This document shows, in pieces, positions 115,844-130,799 of a stretch of DNA of 248,000 nt. Made by a program: the position numbers and the translations under genes. Source of the stretch: Wallemia ichthyophaga EXF-994 (lineage: Eukaryota > Fungi > Basidiomycota). Below the pieces are notes generated by a model. It saw nothing but the letters and a program-made list of their open reading frames with translations, searched no databases and was not told the DNA's origin. The stretch spans positions 20,001 to 268,000 of the forward strand of contig NW_008806277.1 of NCBI RefSeq assembly GCF_000400465.1, given 5' to 3'. How positions within the stretch are numbered: position 1 is the first letter of the stretch; every line of letters starts with the position of its first letter.

Positions 115844-117506
115844 TCAAGGTGTCCAAATCTACAAAAACATCGTTAGTAAACGCTTCAATAATCCACATTG
115901 TACGCTTCACCCACCTTAATAGTCCCATCTGAGCTAGCAGAAGCGATCACATTCAGTGGTCGTATCACAGTGTGTTCTTCTTTTTCTTCTTCTCGCTGGT
116001 GAACACTACGCAAGACATCGCCACTACTCATCGAACGCATGGTTGGGGGAGGATGAGGCATGCTGAACCTCCGATTAAGATTGTTGTTGTTGTTTTTACC
116101 CAAACCCATGCTCTTGCTCACTCCAACTTCAGGCATCGCTTGTCTCCCCCAACTGAGAGTGTTGACGAAATTCCTGTGTGCAGCTTCGATAGTCCGCGTG
116201 CACCGGCCCGTTGCGAGATCCCATATCTTGATTGACTTGTCTTCTGAGCAGGAGAGTAAATGGGTTCCAACTGGGTGGAACACTATGCTCTTCACCCAAT
116301 TGTCATGTCCATTGAAGGTATACACACATTGGAACGACGAAGTATCCCACAGTTTGACAGACTTATCACGCGATGCTGTGGCTAAGTATCTGTTGCGAGA
116401 TTGTGATTGCGATTGTGAGTGGGTCTTGTTATTAGGTATCCCATTGGTGCTCGCACTTCCACTAGCACGGTTATCCCGATTACTACCAGTACCACTTTCG
116501 CCTATCAATTGGTGGATATTAGCAATTGAGGTGGTTGGGGCCCAAGCGACAGACTCGACGACATGCTCATGGCCTCTCAATTCGCTCACAGTGGTGCCTG
116601 TAGCGGTATCGACAACCATTGCAGTCTGATCAGAGGAAGCGGTAGCGAGCAAGCTCGAGTCATCCGACGGGAGCACGACTCTGATCCAATCAGAGTGAGG
116701 GTGTATAGAGCGAGTGCAGTAACCTGTATGCACATCCCAGAAGCGGATTGATTCATCTCTTCCACACGAAATGAGCGTGTTGGTGTTGCTATCACTGAGG
116801 AAGCGCACGCAGCTCACACTCTCGTCGTGGCCGTAGAGTGTCTTGGTATTGGAGTACTCGCCTAGCGCATCCCATAGCTTGATGGAGGTGTCTGAGGAGC
116901 AGCTGGCGAGGAGTGTGCCGGTAGCGTCGTAGTCTACGTCAAGCACTGCCTTTGTGTGCCCTTTAAGCGTACGCTCACACTCTCCCACATCCCAGTCCCA
117001 GATCTTCACTGAACAATCGTCTGAAGCCGACGCTAAGAGGACGAACTTTGGGTGGAAAGAGAGAGCAACAACGGCAGATCTGTGGCCTGAGAGGGTGTGC
117101 TTGGGGAGTGAAGGGAGGAAGTGGGCCGTATTGTGCCTCTTTGTGGCCATTGCAGGGGTAGAAAGTTCGCTGGAAAGCTGGGAATTCTTGGATTCAAGTT
117201 CCATGACCTGTAGGGAGGGAGTGAGGGGAGTACACGCCGCTAATCACGCTCAGCGCACCTTCCTCTGCAATCTAATCACCGAAGTCCACTTTTTCTCCAA
117301 TAAACCGGCGTATTTTGCAGTGGGATCGAGCTTAATATCGTCCAAGCCAGCATCCAGCCTTAAAGCGCGTGCACTGTCTTCGTATCCGCAAGACTGGAGA
117401 TAGTCGAGTAGAGATTTGTGGCTAGATTATAGATGAGCGAGCGAAAAAAGATATGGGAGATAGCCACGCACAGCTCGTCCCTTTGCCGATCAGATAGGGG
117501 TGACAT
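115844..117506 (-). CDS. PAC1: LIS1/Pac1/NudF
   Basis: LisH N-terminus, SASDDCSVKIWDW, GHDNWV. Confidence 0.9.
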
Positions 117507-117750
117507 CTCTCGAAATAAAATATCAGTGATGGTTGTTATGGTTTAGAGCGCGTCATCGGTGTTGGAGAGGCGTGAAGGGGGAATTGGAGGAGAAGGAGGA
117601 GATGTAGAGATGAGCAATATACGCCGAGGAAAATAAGCAAGTCGATTGGTGGAAAATTGATTAAAATTTGCTTGGAATGTTTAAAGGTGATTTTTAGTCT
117701 GTGCACACTGATTAGCGTCTTGAGTCACGACGACGAAGAGAGAGGAATCG

Positions 117751-118823
117751 ATGGCAGCAGCAACAGCGTCAGCGTCACCAGTGATAAACAATCTAAACCC
117801 AGGCCAGTATGTTGGATTCGATTCGTGGGTTTTGTATAAATCACAGGGACTATCTGACAGCACACAGCATTACCCGCCAAATCGAGACTAAACTTCTCAA
117901 GCGTGGTTTTCAATTTAATGTTATGGTCCGTAGAAGCCTCGGAATCAATCAAATCTCACTCACCCCGCTCTCAGGTCGTCGGCCAAACTGGTCTCGGAAA
118001 ATCCACTCTAGTAAACACGCTATTCGCATCACAGCTGATCGATTCAAAGGGACGCTTGAACCCCGACGAGCAATCACGCTCTACCACTGAAATTCAGACT
118101 GTCTCCCACGTTGTCCAGGAAAATGGCGTTCGACTCCGCTTAAACATCGTAGACACCCCTGGCTTCGGCGATCACGTAAACAATGATGGCTGCTGGGAAC
118201 CTATCGTCAAATATATCAAAGACCAGCACTCTGCTTACCTCCGTAAGGAACTCACTGCGATGCGTGACAAGTACATTGTAGACACCCGAGTACACGCTTG
118301 TGTCTACTTTATCAACCCCTCTGGCCATAGTTTACGCCCTATCGACGTTATTGTCATGAAAAAGTTGGCTGAAGTCGTCAACGTTATACCTGTCATCGCC
118401 AAATCTGACTCTTTAACCTTAACCGAGCGTGAAGCGTTCAAGTCGAGAATCGCTTCTGAATTGGCTTACCACCAGATTAAAATGTATCCTTTTGACGCCG
118501 AAGACGACGATAGAGACGAGAGAGACATCAACGAAGGTGTCCGCGAAACTCTCCCTTTCGCTATTATTGGCTCACAGAAGACTCTCAACGTTAACGGCAA
118601 TCAGGTTAGAGGGCGTAAAACGCGTTGGGGCGTGATTGATGTTGAGAATGAAGACCACTGCGAATTTGTTAAGCTTCGTAACTTCCTCACTAGAACTCAC
118701 CTACAAGATCTCATCGAAACTACTGCGCAAATCCACTACGAGGCTTTTAGATCGAAGCAGCTGCTCGCTCTCAAGAACCAGGCTAACACCCCGTCTAAGC
118801 CTCAAGAAACTGCTTCTCCATGA
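117751..118823 (+). CDS. CDC10: Septin Cdc10
   Basis: GQTGLGKST, DTPGFGD, AKSDSL. Confidence 0.88.
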
Positions 118824-118934
118824 GTATGTGTTTGATATACCCTGAAATGAGCCAATGAGCCACTTGATTGTGTTAAGATTTTCACTTGTCTTGTCTAATT
118901 CCTTTTACATATACAATGCTTGTTGAATTTAACC

Positions 118935-119892
118935 ATGATGAGTGTCTTTAGTAAGGGTGCAGGGAATGTGCTGTTTAAAATGGACAGTGATATGCTTCTC
119001 AGAGTGAGGATGGATAAGGATGGAGAAGGGTGTATCGATAGCGAGGAGGAGTACGACGATGTTATCAGGAAAATTTTACCGTGGCTCAATCCTGCGCAGT
119101 TTCTGAGTGTGGATAATGACCAGCTGAAAGCGCTGGATCCTGACAACGCATATCACCTCACAACCTCAGCCCAAGTCACTGAAAATCTTATCAAGGAGTA
119201 TGATTTGGTGGTGGAAATAAAGGTGGGTGGTTGATCATATGTTTTGGCATCAGTCAGCTCACTCTCAGTAGCCAAAATGGGCATCTCTTCCTAATCCACT
119301 CTCTGTGGGTCTGAGACACTCGCGTATGAAGCTCAAGTGTAGCTTCCAGAGCGAGCGCTTGTTCTCGGAAAGCAGGCAGGAGCAGCTGGAAGAGCTATCT
119401 GGATTGATAGATGGTGATAGTAAGTTTCTCACTGTGTTTTCTAAAGGCAGGAAAGTGAGAATGGATAGTGAGACAATAGCCGGTAGACTACAGGAAGCGC
119501 TCAACGATAGCGGCGTTATGCGGGCTATAAAGTACTACCAGCTATACAGCGATCCCTTGGATATACAGCACATCTACCCGCTGGTCAAAGATACCAACAC
119601 ATGCAACCCATCCACCTCGTTTTTACGTGGCGTCATTAACAAGATACCAAAGCACCCGGGACTTCCGACGTGGGGGGATTTGAAGGCTTTTGGGGGAAGT
119701 CTGAGTGGGGAGGAGCTGCTCTACCTCTATTCATTATCGATGACGTTGCGCGATGTGTCTGTGTTAGTGAGATTGTCGCCAGAGACACAGCCAAAGGTGA
119801 AGGTAGTAGACGCAGACTACAAATGTCTATCTAGAATACACAAGTGGTATGAAAGTGACTGTAAATTAAATAATTTTCACGCGACCGGATAA
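118935..119892 (+). CDS. IPK1: Inositol pentakisphosphate 2-kinase
   Basis: GAGNVL, VEIK, SMTLRDVS, VVDADYK. Confidence 0.7.
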
Positions 119893-119943
119893 CCGGGTGT
119901 ATGACGGTGCATCACCAGATTAGCCTCTCACTCGCACACCACT

Positions 119944-120806
119944 ATGAACGCACTAAACTCACTGAAAATCAACGCCAACGTTACAAACTCATTAGAGTTG
120001 TTGAAATACACTAATGGTAGAGATAAAGTGTATCGCACGGCGCAATACGCAGCACGTTTACTCGCGTGGTTCTACTCGCGCTACGGTATTCCACAGGGCA
120101 CATTCGCAGGTGTCAGTCTCGATGCCATCAAGGGTGTTTTGAGTACATCGAGGAAGCTGATGCGTCTCGGCAAGCCAGTTGAAACGCTCACAGCAGCACT
120201 CAAGACGCTCGACGGCACGAGCAACAACGACATAATCGCCAGATCGCTCTCCGTGATTAGGAACCTCAACTACACTATCTTCCTCTCTTTTGATGGGTTG
120301 ATTTGGTTACATTCTACTAAGATACGCTGCGTGCAGAAATCTACCAATGAGAGATTCATCAGAAACGCTTACACGTTCTGGGCACTCGGCTTACTCTCTG
120401 GTGTTCTCTCTGGCGCTTACAAGGAGCAGATGCTGTCGCGCACCCTCCTCAAGGCTCGTAGACAAGCTCTGAGCGATGAGAAAGATGGTAATGCTAACGT
120501 TGAAAGGGTCGTTAGGTGGGCTCTTTGCTGATTGGCGGACTTTATGCTCTTACTCACTACCTTTACAGCCAACGCGCTTCTTCACGCAAAGCCATGCTTG
120601 AAGATGCCCTCAATCTGCTCATTCCTGTTAAGGGTCTCGATCTGTTTAATATCAACGAAGGTTTCGTTGGCGCAGCAGGGTGAGTCGGAGTCTCTGGCGT
120701 ACTAATTGCTTACTTAACCAACCCCCTCAGCCTCGTTACTTCACTTATGGGCTTACAGTCCCAATGGCACTCTGCCAGCGCTAGTACGGTTACAGCTAGT
120801 AAGTAG
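119944..120806 (+). CDS. PEX11: Peroxin Pex11
   Basis: GRDKVYRTAQY, RKLMRLGK. Confidence 0.9.
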
Positions 120807-121029
120807 AGCTGGAATGTGAATCTTAATGAGCATCTGTACAAATATCTGATTTCAATTTCAAACATTTATCATTCCAGCGTCATGTCCTTCTTCCACTACC
120901 GAATATACACAAATACAGTTTTAGATTAGAATAGGCCGAATGAGCATTATAAGTCTGGATAAATATTTTGAAGCAGCAGTATTACCTCCGCTATCACCCA
121001 GCATAATAGTGCAGTGTCTCGAGCAAGAG

Positions 121030-122357
121030 AAATGGCTAGTGAGGATCGGCGAGGGGTTATTGAATGCATTTCTGGTAAAATTTCCTTGGTTGGAATAGCG
121101 GGGATTGCGCACTGTCTAATGCACAATTCATAACAGCTAGACTATATCTGCTGCAACCATCCCAATTTGGACGTTGGAGCAGTCTTGATGCACCTCACAG
121201 CACCCGCGCTGCTCGCTTGTCTGCTCGACAGTCTTGGTGTGTCTGAACTCAAATCCGAGGAGCGCAAGAAGAGGGCTTTGTACGCGTGAGTGGGCGAGAG
121301 TGACCTCAGCGTTGTCTCACCGTTCTCATTTTCATTGGGGCTATCTACCGCGAACTAAGCCACGATAAACTCGTCAAGTGGCTGCACGATGTGTATCACC
121401 CGCACATTCAACTCGCTGTGCATGACCCTAAGAGGTGCACCAGCCAGGTTATCTCACTCGACGACAGCGACAGCGAGAGTGGGAGTGATGAGAGCGAGGA
121501 GAACTGGGTGCAGGCTGTAGAGGCTTCTTTCGGCGACCTTTCCATGTGCGATACTGGGGAAACCACCATGTCCTCGCAGGATAACCCCTCCCCACCCACT
121601 AGTAGTACCACGAACACCACTAAAACCTCCCCAAACAACGATTTTGCACTTACAGATCTCGTTTCTACCCTATCGAACATTGTCAACCACTTTGAAAACG
121701 ACATGGAGGATCCCTACAAGAGCGAGCGGTATCATTTCCTCAGAATACTCAGAATAAAGGCGCAGGTGCACAACACAAAGAAGGTTGATCGACCAATGGC
121801 TGAATTAGGCCTAGACGTCGGTCACCATGAGCTGCAGTTCCACGAGGCTATCCAGAGCATGCCCAGCTTCCCCTCACACTACCCACCCCCACTTCCTTGG
121901 CTTTCTGATAAAGGAATCTTTGAGACACTCACACCGCGATGTTTATACCCGAGACAGCAATCCATATTCGACAATGAGAGATTGGAGTTTCTCGGCGACA
122001 CCGTTTTGGAGACCATAGTAGTGAGTTGGTTGGGTTGCTTGTGGATTGAGAGGATTCAGACTAAATTATCATCCCCAGACAGACGCGATATTCGACAAAT
122101 TCCCTAAATACCAGCCATGGGATCTCACCAAACTTAGACGAAAGCTGGTAACCAACAACTTTTTCAGCTTCTTCAGCGATCTTTATGGATTGTTTGATAA
122201 ACTACGCGGTTCTCGCACACTTCATCCCAAGAGAAAGGCTGATGTATTCGAAGCATATATCGGTGCGCTGTACAGGGAGTCCGGACACATTTATACCAAT
122301 AAGTGGCTCGTTGAGTTGCTCGAGCCTTTCATTTTCCAGTTTGCTGAGCAGATATGA
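121030..122357 (+). CDS. Single-domain ribonuclease III protein
   Basis: NERLEFLGD, KADVFEAYIG; 5' end approximate. Confidence 0.8.
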
Positions 122358-122490
122358 GACGGTACATTGTGCAGTGTTTATACCACCAAAATGAGATACC
122401 ACGATACGTTATAAAATTATCAATTCAAACATTCAAACTTTATAAATATATTCTAAAAGTACACATTGTCTGTCTATCCACATAGCTTGG

Positions 122491-123145
122491 CTAGTTGTTT
122501 TGCGACCATTTGTATTCACATTTCGTGCACGTATAAAAAACAGTAGATCTGCGCGTTGTTTTGTTAGTTGATTAAGTTGCTATGCGAGATTTCTCGATAG
122601 CTCGATCGATTGAATCCTAAACTGTGTATACGCACCCTTCGTCAGCCGAGCCTGGAGGAGTATTGTCAGTAAGGGATTTATGGGAGTGGAGGGAGTGTGG
122701 TGATTGTAGCTAGTGCTACACTACCCTCACAAAACTCACGCAGTTGTAAAGTTTGGAACGTAGCCTTGTCGTGTCCGCAGCTTGGACACTTCTCATCAAT
122801 CTAAAGGACTATTGTCAGCTAAATCTGTAGTATTGTGTCATTAGTCACCTCCGCTCCCGTCGCTTTCGCACCGTCTGCAAGCGTATTCACAACGAGCGAC
122901 TTCTTGAGGTGGAGTGCGGAGGGAAATGCGTTTGGATGTGAACGCGTTTCAATGTTCAAGTTTTCGTACGCTGCGTTTTGCAATCTGATTAGCCAGTATT
123001 CGTATACCCACTTAACTCCCAACACACCTGCACCATTCTCTACTAATCCACACTCTTCACAATTTATCTTGTCATCGTCCGCTGGCGGATTGAGAAGACT
123101 CCCACAACGCTCGCAGAATAATAAACTTCCGATCCTGTTGCTCAT
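122491..123145 (-). CDS. RPA12: RNA polymerase I subunit Rpa12
   Basis: IGSLLFCERCGSLL; multi-exon. Confidence 0.85.
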
Positions 123146-123248
123146 GTCTTCTCTTTTGGTTAGAGTGCAAGATAATCAAGGCATTTGAAATTGAAAATAT
123201 AATAAAATGTGCTTCTATACAATGTGCTATGTCATGAGGTAATTTATT

Positions 123249-124325
123249 TTACACTGATTGTTTTGCTTGATTCGTTTGGTTCGTTTGATTGTTACGAACC
123301 TGCTGGTCTGGCATCTTGAACATGGGGATCGTGCGTGTGTCGCTTGATACTTCTTGAGAAACGTGCTTGGCTTTGCTTCCAATGGCCATCTTGGCAGTGC
123401 CCTTTTCCAGCCCCTGCAGCAAGACACATGCCTTACACAGTTCGTTCGATGATATGTAACCACACCTCTGACACTTCTGTTGCTTAGGCAACGCATCCTG
123501 AACTACTTCTGATATCCGTATGTTCTCAGCAGAGTGAATAATGTCGATAATCGTAGATGGTCGCAGTGCTTCCAGGTCTTTGATATATGTTCTAGCAAAA
123601 CCTCGATACGCTTCTGGAGAATAGATACACTCTGTGGAGAAGTAGTCTAGTTTCTTGAAGTAAGCATACATGACAATTTCCTTCTCGTAAGTGTATTTGA
123701 ATGGTTTTGATCTGTTGATAGTGTCTTCTCCGCGAGTTGTTATCTCAACACACCTCCCCAGTCTGCTCACATCGCCTCTGAGGATGTTCATCAGTACTGT
123801 CTCTGCAACATCGTCCGCGTTGTGACCGGTGACGATGTGGCTGATGTTCAAACTCGATGCACCTCTATCGAGCGCCTGTCTACGGAACACGCCACAGAAA
123901 GTGCAGTTATTCTTCTTGCCTACTGCCTCCACTATACGATCCATAGTCCAGCCATAGAGCTCGTTGTAGCTGAGTATCTTGAGTGGCAATTGATACTGCT
124001 CCTTATTCCTCTTAACCGTTTCCAAACTATCGTCTCTATAGCCGGTAATACCTTCGTCAATCGATAGCAAGAAGAGCTCGAGGCCATAATCGTGTCTCTC
124101 GTTGAGTGTTTTCATAACATGCGCGAGTACTGTTGAGTCTTTTCCACCAGATGCTCCAATCGCTACGCGCTCTCCTCGTTTAAAAGTATTTGCATCGCTT
124201 ATCGTCTTGTGTATTTCCTCCTCAAACGCAAAGAAGAAGCATTCCTTGCAAACCTGCTGTCCAGTCTTTGGACGCTTAATCATTGCTCTGTTGTTGCTGC
124301 ATAGCTGACACGGCCTCGGTGGCAT
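123249..124325 (-). CDS. NCS6: Cytoplasmic tRNA 2-thiolation protein 1
   Basis: [22 protein letters not shown]. Confidence 0.95.
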   Translation of the reverse strand: MPPRPCQLCSNNRAMIKRPKTGQQVCKECFFFAFEEEIHKTISDANTFKRGERVAIGASGGKDSTVLAHVMKTLNERHDYGLELFLLSIDEGITGYRDDSLETVKRNKEQYQLPLKILSYNELYGWTMDRIVEAVGKKNNCTFCGVFRRQALDRGASSLNISHIVTGHNADDVAETVLMNILRGDVSRLGRCVEITTRGEDTINRSKPFKYTYEKEIVMYAYFKKLDYFSTECIYSPEAYRGFARTYIKDLEALRPSTIIDIIHSAENIRISEVVQDALPKQQKCQRCGYISSNELCKACVLLQGLEKGTAKMAIGSKAKHVSQEVSSDTRTIPMFKMPDQQVRNNQTNQTNQAKQSV

Positions 124326-124388
124326 TTTTAGATATTTTAGTGATGGAAGTTCTGTTGCAACTCAACGGCGATCTGCAAATCAATTGGA

Positions 124389-125942
124389 ATGTTTCGCAGT
124401 CTAAACAGACTCAAACCTGCTTTAGAATTCCTTCCAAATAAGGTTGACTTTGAATTGCGCCCGCTTGGAAGGTACGCGCTATCTGTAGCTGCATAGCCTA
124501 TCTCACAATACCAGGCTCAACAAAGAAGCTGGGAGCAAGAGAGTTCCACACGTCACTCAGTCCGTTGGTTCCATGTTCGGGTCTGTCTCATCCTTCTCCT
124601 TTTCTCCCCGCTCTTCTCATTCTGTCGTTCCAGCGGAAATCACAGCTTGAAGTGGATATCTCAACCCCGCAATATCCTCCTCGTCAAGAAATCACACAGT
124701 GAAAGCTCCTCAAATGCAATGCATCACGTCATAAACCATATCAGGTCAAAATTTTCAGACACCAACATTATAGTAGAGGATGGCGTGAGCCGTGAGCTAG
124801 CAGCTGTGCATGGAATACACGGTCTATATACAGCCTCTCAAGCCAACGAATCTACCCTCCTCTCTAAAGTGGATTTTGCCATTACACTAGGAGGCGATGG
124901 CACAGCTTTGCACACCGCTTCCCTCTTTCCAACTGGCCCCGTGCCTCCTGTGCTTTCCTTTAGCACTGGCACTCTCGGTTTCCTGCTTCCCTTCCATGTG
125001 AACACATACAAAAGCGCGATCGACGATGTTTTCAACTCGACCGTTTCCGTTATAAAGCGCATGAGGCTTATGTGCACTCTTCACGACGCTTCCGGAAGGC
125101 TTATTGATGATTTGGATGGTTAGTGTTGCATAAAATATCGCCATTCTAACCCCACCCCGAAGTGTCGCATGTCCTCAACGAAGTGGCGCTCCATCGCGGG
125201 CGATATCCTCATCTAGTGCAGATTGAGATATACGTAGATGGGATGCCACTCACTGAAGCTGTAGCGGATGGCTTGATTGTCTCTACCCCCACTGGCTCAT
125301 CGGCCTACTCGGTGAGTTACGTGTGGTGTTTGAGTGATACAACTCACTCTCCCCAGCTATCTGCGGGTGGTCCACTAGTTCATCCCTGCGTACAGTCCAT
125401 TGTACTCACCCCTATTTGCCCACGAAGCCTCAGCTTCAGACCTGTCATTCTCCCGTCTGACTCGACAGTGCAGCTAAGGGTGAGTCAACGCCGATCCGGC
125501 TGCCATACTTGCTCACTGAATGTACAGATGTCCTCTAAAGCAAGAAGCAAACCGGATGTATCACTGGACGGACGCGAAGTGATGCAACTTGAAAACGACA
125601 ATTATATCCAAATAGCAATGTCGCCTTTCCGTAAGTGGGGTGTAGGATGTAGAATCGAGGTGAACAGGCTAACATGGCACAGCTCTCCCGTCAATCAATA
125701 GAGCTGCTCAGTACGATCCTGAGAGCAGAACCAGCACTCCTCGACTGCCTTCAGAAAAACAACTCGCGCAGAGCGCCTTGGACAGACTTGGGCGCGCACA
125801 GGATGACTGGGTTAGGGATATAAATGATCTTCTGAATGTGAGTAAGCCGCTTATTATCACGCTGCTGCTCACCTTTACTCAGTTCAACAGCCGCTTCGAA
125901 TCTAAAGGTCACGAAATCTATCACGGCGGGCAAGATGACTAA
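124389..125942 (+). CDS. POS5: NAD(H) kinase, Pos5-like
   Basis: LGGDGT, GTLGFL, TPTGSSAYS. Confidence 0.85.
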
Positions 125943-127154
125943 AACTGAGCCAATGAGATGCTAGTTTCGTGAGTGTTGTATTTATATTAAAGTCTCACTT
126001 ATAATATCACGCGATTTTTATTCAAAAGCAGTCCCTGAGAACACTCTTTAATCATCATCACCACTTTTCGATGAAGCGGCTACAAAACCTATCACTGGAA
126101 ATTGATTCAATACTTTTCAGCTACCTCGATGGCTACGGATGTAACATGCTGCGCCTCCCCTGCCGCGCTCTAAACCAACAGGGTTTAAGGTCGACGAGAG
126201 CGACTGTGAAGTTACTTTCGAGGATTCTGGTCAATTTATAAGCCTATTAATCGACATCCCCACAACCCTCGGGCTGACTGATCGAGTAGTGTGCGTCATT
126301 AGCTGAATTACAAAAAGTCACTAAATGTGAATAATAGGTCAGCAAACGTCAAACAAGAATTGGAAACATTGGTAACCGTTGGAATCCACAAGGTTTTAGC
126401 GCATCTTCTAAACCTGCGAAGACTCAAAATAAAAGCCAATGGGAATAGAATCGTAAATGATGAAATAACCTTACACGGAGAATATCCCAAGCTGGAAATA
126501 TTATGATCCAAACGCGCACATTACGTGACAAAGTGTGCGTCTCCTTCCCCAGCCCTGAGTTGGATTTGCACTGATACTGGCCGCTGTGTGTAGCTGGTTC
126601 ACAATATCAGACCTAACTGTTGAAATAGCAAATAGTGAAAAAGGCTCACAAAAAGCCAAGTCACGCGAATTATGTAAACTATTCAGTTATCAACGGAACT
126701 ACAAGAAAAAAAAAAAGACATTTATGTGTTTGGGAATATTCAAAGTTCATATGGAGGACTTTTTGAGCGTTATTAAGAGGGTAAAACGCTGATGTATGAG
126801 AAGAGTCGAGACTGTACAAGTAATTTACAGATCCCTACAGAATAGACGAGTTCAAACTGCACACTCATCAAATTTCTCATAAATAGTACTACAAAGGTGT
126901 TATAAATCTTGATGAGGCTTATCGTACTGTTGCAAGTTATTATAAGAATGAATACGTTATGAAGGATAATCGATAGTGAGCGCTAATATGACTTTCTGAT
127001 TGAAATGGACAGGAACTGCAGTAATCGAGATACCACAATAAGCCCTAATGATATACAAGATTGCCTCGATTACTGTAAGACACTTGTATTTCAACCAAAA
127101 TTACAGTATACCTGCATAATAATAACAACAATTGATAAATTAAATCTATATTTT

Positions 127155-128804
127155 TTACTCCCCGAGACTAAATTGGGAAGTAGGACCGCCTGGCAAGTCC
127201 TTGAGAACAAAGGTTGCGACATCAGATCTGAGAATTGCAACATCAAGCATTTCAATGATGTGTTTGAGTTCTGCCAATCTATCTTGATCAGATTTGGCCA
127301 GAAGAGACGCGTCTTCCCTAACGTCTCTCCTGTCGGCTCTTGCAAGCACATCTGCTCTGATGCTTCTTTCGCGTCGCTTTCTCTCTATCAAATTGGCTAT
127401 AGTCTTGTACAGCTTAGCAGACAAAGCCAAATAGGCTTTGGGAAGATCAACATACCATAGGTAGAATGTACGATGCACAGCTCGGTCAGCAGATTTAGGC
127501 ACTTCCTGCAATTGAAGTAAACCGCTGGTCTGTAATTTGCCGATCGTCTCTCTAGTTTCTTTCATCGAGAGCAGCCCAAGAGTTGAGATATGTTTCTCTT
127601 CGAGCTTGCCTTTCTCCAAGACTATGTTGATGATACGCGCTGCTTCGTTTCCAAATTGCTCTCTGACTAAGCTGTCGACGAGTGATCTTTTGATACGAGC
127701 GCAAACGGTTTCATAGCAAACTTGGTATTCTTTACTAGTACCTGCTTTTTGCAAAAATCTGGTCGAAGCTCCTGCCGGTCCAGGGAAATCTTGAGATGAT
127801 AAGATTTGACAGTACTCAGTAATCAGCTTTACATGGTTGTCTTCTTTGTTGCTCAAAACTATGCCCTTTTTGAGGATGCTTTCCATCGGTGCGTATTTCG
127901 CTGCATGGTGGATTGGTATAGTCTCTGATAGTAGATCGTGAACGTTATTGTGAGTGTCTCTTTTGTTTTCCTCGGTAACTCTCAAGAATGCATCCACAAT
128001 TTTGCCAGACTGATCATTCCAGCGCTTGGCTGCTTCAGCAGCGATAAGCTGAGACTGTGCATTAGCAAGGCAAGACTTGTAATTTTAGACTCACTCGATT
128101 TCTCAGTCTGACGTTATAGTACTCGTAGTTAACACGGAAGTAGGCATTTTCCTGTATTTGATCAGCAAAGGCGATGGGGAGGTAGTCGCACATACGTCGA
128201 TCGAGTAGGAGTCTTCAGCCGAGTCTCCAGATTTATTCTTACGCTTCATACCAGCGCGTGTACCGTCATCCTGCATTGTATCACCACGCTCCTCTTGTAA
128301 CTCGCTGAACAACCTGCTAGCAGCCTGGTCTTTGATCATTTTGATATCTTTAGGGCCAAGGATGTGAGTCTTTGTGAAGGTACTCTGCTTAATCTCCTTT
128401 TCATATATGAGTGTTTTGTCTCTGGGACTGATGTGCATGTTTTTGGTTGATTTAGTAAGTGCAGCTGATCTGACGAGTTTAACGAGAACTCTCTTTTTCG
128501 TTGTGTCGCTGATTTCAGTTGATATTCTTGCGAGTAGATCGTGCGGACGCAATTTACCGTTGAGGAGTACAGTTGTGATCATTTCCGAAGCACATCTACT
128601 CTCCAGCTTATCTTTCAAGCTTTCTGCGGCGTAGACAATGTACCTCCCGAATCTAACTCTAGCGTGTATCTCGTCTGTGTTAGTTTCGTAGAATTCTTCG
128701 TTATCAGATTGACAATGCCACATGCAATTCTGCTGAATGAGAACCAAGAGTGCTGCTCGTACTTGCTTTGGTTTTAATGAAGTGTATCTCGCTATCAATG
128801 GCAA
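127155..128804 (-). CDS. RPC82: RNA polymerase III subunit C3/Rpc82 (core exons)
   Basis: VRAALLVLIQQN, LQEVPK..RTFYLW. Confidence 0.85.
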
Positions 128805-129035
128805 TGGCAGTCTACCAAACTCCAGTACAACTTGGCCTACACGCTAGGAGCTGGCTGTTAGAAACTGGGACTACAGAATACTATGCAGCACTTACAGACA
128901 CTACTACACCAAAATCATTCTCTAAAATTATTCCACACAACCGAGAAGCCTCCTTGGTGACCATGTCCTCTTGGTCGCGACAAGTCAAGAAGAAATGTCG
129001 TCAATCTACAAGGTATTTGGCGTGTACTAGTCTGT

Positions 129036-130701
129036 ATGCTGCGCTCACGCCTCAATTCAGCCAAGTCTCGCAGATGTGCGCTCACTCGTACTCGATCAAC
129101 AGAAAGGGAATTGCGTACCTGTGTACACCAGCATACAAGCAGATCTACTTACGCCTGTAATCGCCTACTTGAAAATATCACAAAACTCAAATCACAGCTT
129201 CCTCCTCGAGAGTGTCGCTGCGAATGAGCGTAGCAGATACTCTTTCATTGGTGCTTGTGAGTTTGATAGTCATCGCGTATTTCCTTTAATCAATGTTTAA
129301 AGCCCCACTCAAGCTTATGAAATCTGGCCCAAATGAGGACATTTCTGGTGATCCTATGCCTGCACTTGAAGCGGAACTTGGAAAGTACAAATATGTTAAG
129401 GTCGATGGCTTGGACACCTTCACTGGTAGGACCTGTTGGGTTTTCATGTACAAAGCTAACGATGCCTGGCTCAGGCGGTGCTGTTGGCTACGTCGCTTAC
129501 GATTGTGTTCACCACTTCGAACCAAAGACAAAAAGAGAACTCAAAGATCCACTCGGGATCCCTGAATCTATGTTCATGATCTGTGACACTATTCTTGTCT
129601 TCGATCATGTTTTCCAGAAAGTCCAAGTTGTTAGTCATGTCAATGTTCCAGATAACTGCAATGAAGTCACCCTTCAAGCCAAGTACGCTGTAGCAATTGA
129701 CAAGATTAGAAAGACTGTTGAATTGCTAGAGGATCAGCAAATGCCTAGGGGTCCTTACCAGCCAATGATTGGTCAATCCGGTGAAGCTTTCAGTAACGTC
129801 GGTAAGACCGGATACGAGGGCTTCGTTACATCTCTCAAGGAACACATCAACAAGGGTAACATCATCCAAGCTGTACCTTCACAAAGACTAGCAAGACCGA
129901 CGCAGCTTCACCCATTCAACGTTTATAGACACCTGCGCACTGTCAACCCATCCCCCCACATGTTCTATCTTGATTTCAACGGTGATAGCCCAGAAGGTGT
130001 AAGGTTTGTGGGTGCTTCACCTGAAACGCTCTGCAGGGTAGAGAACAACAAGGTGTTTAACCACGCAATTGCTGGTACTGTCAAAAGAGGTAAAACTAAA
130101 GAGGAAGATGAGAGGCTGGGAGAAGAGTTATCTCAATCTGAAAAGGATAGAGCTGAGCACATTATGCTTGTCGATTTGGCGAGAAATGACGTCAACAGAG
130201 TCTGTAAACCAGAGACTGTCAATGTCGACGAGCTGATGAAGGTCGAAAGATTCTCTCACGTCATCCACCTAACTTCACAGATATCTGGACAGCTGCGTGA
130301 AGGAAAGTCTCGCTTCGATGCTTTCAGATCCATCTTTCCAGCTGGGACCGTGTCCGGTGCACCAAAAGTCAAGGCAATGGAGCTGATCGGTGAGCTGGAG
130401 GGTGAACGCAGAGGAATATACGCCGGTGCAGCTGGTAGATTTGATTTTGCAGATAATGAAATGGATACGTGTATCGCTATCCGCACCATGACATTTAAAG
130501 ATGGCGTAGCATACCTGCAAGCAGGTGGTGGGATTGTGTATGACAGTGTTGAAGAGGACGAGTATATCGAGACTATAAACAAGCTTATGGGTAACGTCAA
130601 ATGCATAGATCAAGCCGAAGGTAGGTTGTTGTTTTCCGCGTTTGCCTGATACTTCTAACACGCACACAGAATACTATCGTATGCTTAACGGTGAACTATA
130701 A
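129036..130701 (+). CDS. TRP2: Anthranilate synthase component I
   Basis: [25 protein letters not shown]. Confidence 0.95.
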
Positions 130702-130799
130702 AAAGGACGCTATGTAATTAATGTATGAATACAGATAACATGGAAACATGGCCGTGCTCGATGGATGCGCGATGGTGAAAATTTCCCAAACATCACCAC

